Virus record (IMG/VR): IMGVR_UViG_3300012942_000050
Coordinates: 1 to 60,905 of that record
Reading direction: 5' to 3' (one strand)
Length of the DNA stretch: 60,905 bases
From: a virus
Lineage: Duplodnaviria; Caudoviricetes
Both the position numbers and the translations under genes were made by a program. Positions within the stretch are counted from its first letter, which is position 1. Each line of letters opens with the position of its first letter. The notes under the pieces are model-generated. The model saw only the letters and a program-made list of their open reading frames with translations. It had not been told where the DNA came from and ran no database searches. Positions 56,910 to 60,905 of this stretch are shown one piece after another.

Positions 56910-56930
56910 GCAATATCGCTGTAATATTGC
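56910..56930 (+). promoter_or_regulatory. Copy of 21-bp GCAA-N13-TTGC element in the early array
   Basis: GCAATATCGCTGTAATATTGC, intergenic. Confidence 0.6.
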
Positions 56931-56952
56931 ACTTTCGTGCAAGGAGATCAAT

Positions 56953-57351
56953 ATGAAATTGAATACCAAGCAGGAAATTTTTGACTTCGTTCTGGCCAAG
57001 ATGCGAAAGCAGCGGTGCCGGAGTTGTAACCCAGGGAATACCTCGGAGTGTGCCTATCGCGGAGAGGGCAACTTGAAGTGCGCTATCTGACACATGATCG
57101 ACGACGAGGCATATTACCCATCGCTTGAGGGTCGAGCCGCTAATCATTTCAACGTAATAAACGCCTTGGTTCGTAGCGGTGTAAACGCGGAGGAGTTAGG
57201 CATGGAGAATTTTCTTTGTGCCTTGCAGGATGCCCACGATGTCTGCCTGATGCCCGGCTGGAGCCGGGACATCCACCCATTCGAGAGTCGCATGGCATGG
57301 ATAGCGGATGCCTATGACCTGAATTACAAACCGGAGAAGATTCATGCCTGA
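56953..57351 (+). pseudogene. Paralog of the 55526 gene interrupted by in-frame TGA (57088-57090)
   Basis: QEIFD..CAYR..KCAI*HMIDDEAY..EG..LQDAHD aligns through the stop with CAVGCLIPDEVY. Confidence 0.75.
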
Positions 57352-57478
57352 AGACCTGAAGGATTTGATGTCGATTCAAGCTGCGGTCATCGTCGCCACG
57401 CTGTGGATGGTGGGTATGACGACCGTGTTTGATGTGGGCATGGAGTTCGTGGCGCACCTTGTCGGTGCGCCTTTTTGA
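57344..57478 (+). CDS. 44-aa hydrophobic peptide (not in ORF track)
   Basis: GGAG RBS; MPEDLKDLMSIQAAVIVATLWMVGMTTVFDVGMEFVAHLVGAPF. Confidence 0.5.
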   Translation: MPEDLKDLMSIQAAVIVATLWMVGMTTVFDVGMEFVAHLVGAPF

Positions 57479-57489
57479 TGGAGGCTGAG

Positions 57490-57726
57490 ATGAAGAAGTT
57501 TTACTACTTGCGAATCGGGGACGACACCCTGGAGGAAGCCAGGTGCTATCGCACCCTGGCTGACGCGGTGCAGGTGTTTCGTGCTGAAGCGGGGGATCTG
57601 GCCCGGTTCGGACAGGGCCTGGCAGCCACCATCCATATAGCTGGGTGCCGTGCCGAGATTGTCGAGTATCCAGATTACTTTCTGGAACTTGGCGACCGAG
57701 GTGGTCTTCGGTGCGTGCGGTGCTAG
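57490..57726 (+). CDS. Hypothetical protein
   Basis: GGAGG RBS before MKKFYY. Confidence 0.7.
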   Translation: MKKFYYLRIGDDTLEEARCYRTLADAVQVFRAEAGDLARFGQGLAATIHIAGCRAEIVEYPDYFLELGDRGGLRCVRC

Positions 57727-57736
57727 GGAGATTGGT

Positions 57737-57946
57737 ATGAGTTTTGAAACAGAACTGAGGGATGCCAAGGAGGCAGTACGAACTGCCCGTTACTTCCATG
57801 AAAGGGGTGTGCTGGTCAGCGCCTCGACGTCTGAGAATGCCGGGCGAATTATGAATTACTTCATGGACAGAGACTGCATTATTCGTGATTCTTGTTTTGA
57901 TGACGATGATGGTATCTACCTATTCTATGTGCAGTGGCACTACTAG
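57737..57946 (+). CDS. Hypothetical protein
   Basis: GGAG RBS before MSFETEL. Confidence 0.65.
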   Translation: MSFETELRDAKEAVRTARYFHERGVLVSASTSENAGRIMNYFMDRDCIIRDSCFDDDDGIYLFYVQWHY

Positions 57947-57954
57947 GGGTAAAT

Positions 57955-58152
57955 ATGAAAGCACAACTTGATGCGGGAGGCTTTTTCAGGGGGATCTACG
58001 ACCGCAACGATGACAGCGTGTTTCGTGTAGTGAGTATGAACGACACCGCAGTCACTCTCAGGCTTTACAGTAATGGTAAGGCCAAGCCCGTCACCGTGTG
58101 GCTGCCTGTTCATAACCGGGAGGTGCAGGTTATGGCTGAAGTGGAGATTTGA
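57955..58152 (+). CDS. Hypothetical protein
   Basis: AGGGG RBS before MKAQLD. Confidence 0.6.
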   Translation: MKAQLDAGGFFRGIYDRNDDSVFRVVSMNDTAVTLRLYSNGKAKPVTVWLPVHNREVQVMAEVEI

Positions 58153-58153
58153 T

Positions 58154-58387
58154 ATGAAAGCAACTTTCGATAACGACCAATTCCGCAGGCAACTAAAAGC
58201 CATCACCGAGCCCTACGACTTCCGTGTCACCGCCTCTCACGACCCCCTCTACGTCGGACTCCCCATTATGGTTCTCACACTGTTCATAGACGGTGACAGT
58301 ACCCCACTTCAGATCCATCTGCACTCGGATGGCACCTATACGGTCGAGGCCGACATTCACGTCATCACCCCGGAGAAACAACCATGA
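58154..58387 (+). CDS. Hypothetical protein
   Basis: GGAG RBS before MKATFD. Confidence 0.65.
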   Translation: MKATFDNDQFRRQLKAITEPYDFRVTASHDPLYVGLPIMVLTLFIDGDSTPLQIHLHSDGTYTVEADIHVITPEKQP

Positions 58388-58734
58388 ATGCAGAAGAATT
58401 GCGAAACGCACTAAGACAGTTCACTGGCACCGAGAACTGGTATCGACACGAGCTCACTCAGAACATGACCTACACGGACGGCGTGAAGTTCTTCGCTGAC
58501 CGCGCGGGCGCCTACTGGCTGGTTGACATCATGGCCATGCAGCCAGAAATCAGTCAGGCGCCCTTCTCCCACGTCGCCCTCCTTGTCATGGAGGATGAAA
58601 CGGCATCGCTCGTGGCCGATGATGGTGATGGAAATGTGCAATATAGCCGCAATATTGTCTTTACTGACTGCCCGGTTGGGCTGTGGCAATTCTACGTGAC
58701 GGATCGCGTCATCATGCTGCCGTCCGAATATTGA
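58384..58734 (+). CDS. DUF6876-like protein
   Basis: L.QFTGTENWYRH....YTDGVKF.A..AGAYWLVD...DDGDGN......I.FTD.P...MLPSEY. Confidence 0.75.
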   Translation: MNAEELRNALRQFTGTENWYRHELTQNMTYTDGVKFFADRAGAYWLVDIMAMQPEISQAPFSHVALLVMEDETASLVADDGDGNVQYSRNIVFTDCPVGLWQFYVTDRVIMLPSEY

Positions 58735-58747
58735 AAGGAGATTGAGG

Positions 58748-59128
58748 ATGACGAATGAGCAGAAATTGCGCGACGCGCTGTTTCGGATAGGTGCCGCCCT
58801 GAGTAAGTTTAACCAGCATTACGTAGCTGGGATTGAGACGCCCTCCGTCCACGATTACGACAGGGTTCTTGACTATATCGGGTGTGCTCTTACCGAAGCC
58901 TCCGCTATTCCGGAACCCAACTTGGGCCGTCTGTGGTGGGTGTCAGACGATGCAGACGACTTTGCTAATGATATGGCGAGACTTACACCTAAAGGTGCTC
59001 GTCTTGTCAGGGCCAGTTACGACATTGCTGTGAGCCCTGCCGTGCATTACATCATCGAGCTGGACAAGGACCGTGCCGAGGAGATCCTTGGCTATGAACC
59101 CGGCACTGAAGAGTGGCTGGAGGATTGA
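58748..59128 (+). CDS. Hypothetical protein
   Basis: AGGAG RBS. Confidence 0.65.
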   Translation: MTNEQKLRDALFRIGAALSKFNQHYVAGIETPSVHDYDRVLDYIGCALTEASAIPEPNLGRLWWVSDDADDFANDMARLTPKGARLVRASYDIAVSPAVHYIIELDKDRAEEILGYEPGTEEWLED

Positions 59129-59131
59129 ACC

Positions 59132-59323
59132 ATGATCTACCCACCGGATAACGTGCCGTTGCATGCTGTTTATTCCGACCTTTACCGTATGTGGATTGCT
59201 CTCAGCCCCATTCATAGTGGCCTGGTGTGTGGTGGAGGAAGGACCAAGGAGGAAGCACTACGTGCTGCCAAATCCCACTTATCGCTTTGGTATGGAGTGA
59301 GATTCTATGAAGACACTGACTGA
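59132..59323 (+). CDS. Small protein with HicB-like N-terminal motif
   Basis: WIA.SP...G.V..G.TKEEAL..AK resembles the HicB/UPF0150 fold. Confidence 0.5.
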   Translation: MIYPPDNVPLHAVYSDLYRMWIALSPIHSGLVCGGGRTKEEALRAAKSHLSLWYGVRFYEDTD

Positions 59324-59486
59324 CGAACAGATTGAAGGACGCGCCCAAGAGCTGTACGAAATTTTCTCTGAGGACACCCTGAATGACCTGAACCTTCTCT
59401 TGTCAGGAGAAGATCCAGAGGTGGACGAAAGGGTGCGTGAACTTCTTGAAAACAATTTTCGATTCCGGAGGTTCCACCATGCCTGA
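59307..59486 (+). CDS. 59-aa acidic protein (not in ORF track)
   Basis: GGAG RBS; MKTLTDEQIEGRAQELYEIFSEDTLNDLNLLLSGEDPEVDERVRELLENNFRFRRFHHA. Confidence 0.55.
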   Translation: MKTLTDEQIEGRAQELYEIFSEDTLNDLNLLLSGEDPEVDERVRELLENNFRFRRFHHA

Positions 59487-59820
59487 CATTAGATTACCCC
59501 GGCTGTCACACCCTGCCATTGATGACGACGAGACGTATGGCTGCCTTTACCACGCGGTAGACATGGAAGAGTATGCGCGCCTTGCCGTTAAGTTGAACCA
59601 TGCCGATCTACTCAAGATCATCGACCTGCACCAACACCTCGCTGCCGCCATGTACCAGGCCGCAGGCGCCTTCAACATGCCGGAACGATTCTTGAACTGC
59701 CTTGTCGCTGCGACTGGTCAGGAAGGTTATGGCGAATTCAATCTAGAGATGGTGGAGGGGTTGCTGCCTGTGACCACCGACGAGCCAGGCGTATGGGACG
59801 AGGAGCCAGATCATGACTAA
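59479..59820 (+). CDS. Hypothetical protein
   Basis: GGAGG RBS before MPDIRL. Confidence 0.65.
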   Translation: MPDIRLPRLSHPAIDDDETYGCLYHAVDMEEYARLAVKLNHADLLKIIDLHQHLAAAMYQAAGAFNMPERFLNCLVAATGQEGYGEFNLEMVEGLLPVTTDEPGVWDEEPDHD

Positions 59821-60151
59821 AGAAGAACAGATAGCCCGCGAATCCACCGTCGTCGAATTCCTCTCCATTGTATTCACAGGCCGGATCGTGCATGACGAAG
59901 GTGATGACATTGACATCGGTGAAGCCATCCTGCACGAGGCCAAGCGATGGAAGGAACTCCGGGGCGGCGACGTGCCACTGGAGTTCAACCGCCAGGCGCT
60001 TGGCGAAGCCCTGACGCAATACTTCGGGGAGAATGCCTGCGACCCGGAAGTCGGAGAGCCAGATGTGTTCGCCATGGATCCATTCGACGCTGACAACATC
60101 GACCCCATTATCGACGTGATCGAGGCTACCTTGAAAGGAAAGCAACCATGA
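59813..60151 (+). CDS. Highly acidic hypothetical protein
   Basis: AGGAG RBS; D/E-rich. Confidence 0.65.
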   Translation: MTKEEQIARESTVVEFLSIVFTGRIVHDEGDDIDIGEAILHEAKRWKELRGGDVPLEFNRQALGEALTQYFGENACDPEVGEPDVFAMDPFDADNIDPIIDVIEATLKGKQP

Positions 60152-60570
60152 ACCTGTACCACGTGATGAACAGAGTCAGCGCTGCTGCCCTGTACTTCTT
60201 GCCCATGCTTGGCAGGCATCCGGACGAGTTCCCGCGTTTCCGAGATTGCTTTGTGCTGGCTTCCGATCTGCCTGCCTCCGAGAATCGGATTTGCGTGTAC
60301 ACCCGAACAGGCGGAAACAACCGTCTGGACTATGTGAATGAGATCCAAGCTGTCCAGGGCATGGACTGGTACGAGCACGACGAGGACGATGGCTTCGATA
60401 ACACGTATATGACGTTCTACTTTCGCGTTCCGCCTCAGTACCAGAAGGACTTCGACACCCTCCTTGGATCTGGCGAACTCTACCGAGCCAGCCCTGCTTA
60501 TCGGACACAGATTGAACGTGTCTATCCCAATCTGGTAGACAAACTACCCTGGCACGGAGAGCAACCATGA
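60148..60570 (+). CDS. Hypothetical protein
   Basis: RFRDC...VYTRTGGNNR..Y...D.DD.FDNTY.TFYF.VP motif seen in phage proteins. Confidence 0.72.
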   Translation: MNLYHVMNRVSAAALYFLPMLGRHPDEFPRFRDCFVLASDLPASENRICVYTRTGGNNRLDYVNEIQAVQGMDWYEHDEDDGFDNTYMTFYFRVPPQYQKDFDTLLGSGELYRASPAYRTQIERVYPNLVDKLPWHGEQP

Positions 60571-60905
60571 CGACAGGTAAAGACCGTTGGGCCAAACTGG
60601 GGGCCAACTTGGAGAGATGTGCCGCCCTTGAGCGTGCAGGAAGCAGGATTCTACGCGAGGTGGGCCTGTCCAAGGCAGCCTATGACGTCCTGGCCGAGCG
60701 ACAACGGCAGATTGAGGCCGAGGGTTACACGCCAGAGAAGGACGACGGGTACATGGCGGGCGTCCTGTCCATGGCCGCTGAGGCATACGTGAATTCCGCT
60801 CAGCTTCGACTTCGTGGTTTCTCTGTGAGCTATTCCAGACCGGACGTGTGGCCCTGGGGTGGCTTTACTTGGAAACCCACCACACCCCGGCGCGACCTCG
60901 TCAAA
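60567..60905 (+). CDS. Partial (3'-truncated) conserved phage protein
   Basis: AAYDVLAERQRQIEAEGYTPEKDD...WPW...WKP.TPRRDLVK, open to window end. Confidence 0.75.
   Translation, partial: MTTGKDRWAKLGANLERCAALERAGSRILREVGLSKAAYDVLAERQRQIEAEGYTPEKDDGYMAGVLSMAAEAYVNSAQLRLRGFSVSYSRPDVWPWGGFTWKPTTPRRDLVK

Noticed and set aside
9999-56930. TTGC-containing elements as sigma54 promoters
   Set aside because: No GG at the -24 position; the dyad GCAA/TTGC explains the TTGC.
57088-57090. Selenocysteine or genome-wide TGA recoding
   Set aside because: The TGA aligns with Gly rather than Cys in the paralog, and TGA serves as a normal stop in many genes here.

Overview
About 61 kb from a temperate, long-tailed (lambda-type tail tip) dsDNA phage of a proteobacterial host, apparently in its non-integrated form. 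From left to right: (1) a + strand replication/recombination module (1-11.9 kb) with a three-domain PolA, RecU-like resolvase, ATP-dependent ligase, SbcD/SbcC, ThyX-like enzyme, HNH nuclease and AlpA excisionase; (2) a tyrosine integrase and an attP containing a complete tRNA-Pro(TGG) flanked by GGGTCAAA arm repeats; (3) a - strand late module (13.4-46.6 kb) covering lysis, tail tip, tape measure, a frameshifted tail chaperone, head genes and a GpA-type terminase, plus an ~7.6 kb appendage cassette (GH8-like glycanase, SPRY proteins, paralogous fibres) between the putative terS and terL; (4) a CI-like repressor and an ~3 kb control region; (5) a + strand array of small early genes with paralog families. 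The least explained part is 47.3-51 kb. It holds a boxA-like site, a 21-bp inverted repeat bracketing the first early gene and its terminator, then ~950 nt without convincing genes that folds into many G-U-containing helices (candidate large ncRNA), an iteron/IHF/AT-rich origin-like block, and most of the 12 copies of a CCAAYTCCRCAYGCA motif. A separate 21-bp GCAA-N13-TTGC element marks intergenic module boundaries across the window. All assignments come from motif recognition by eye; no database searches or folding programs were run.
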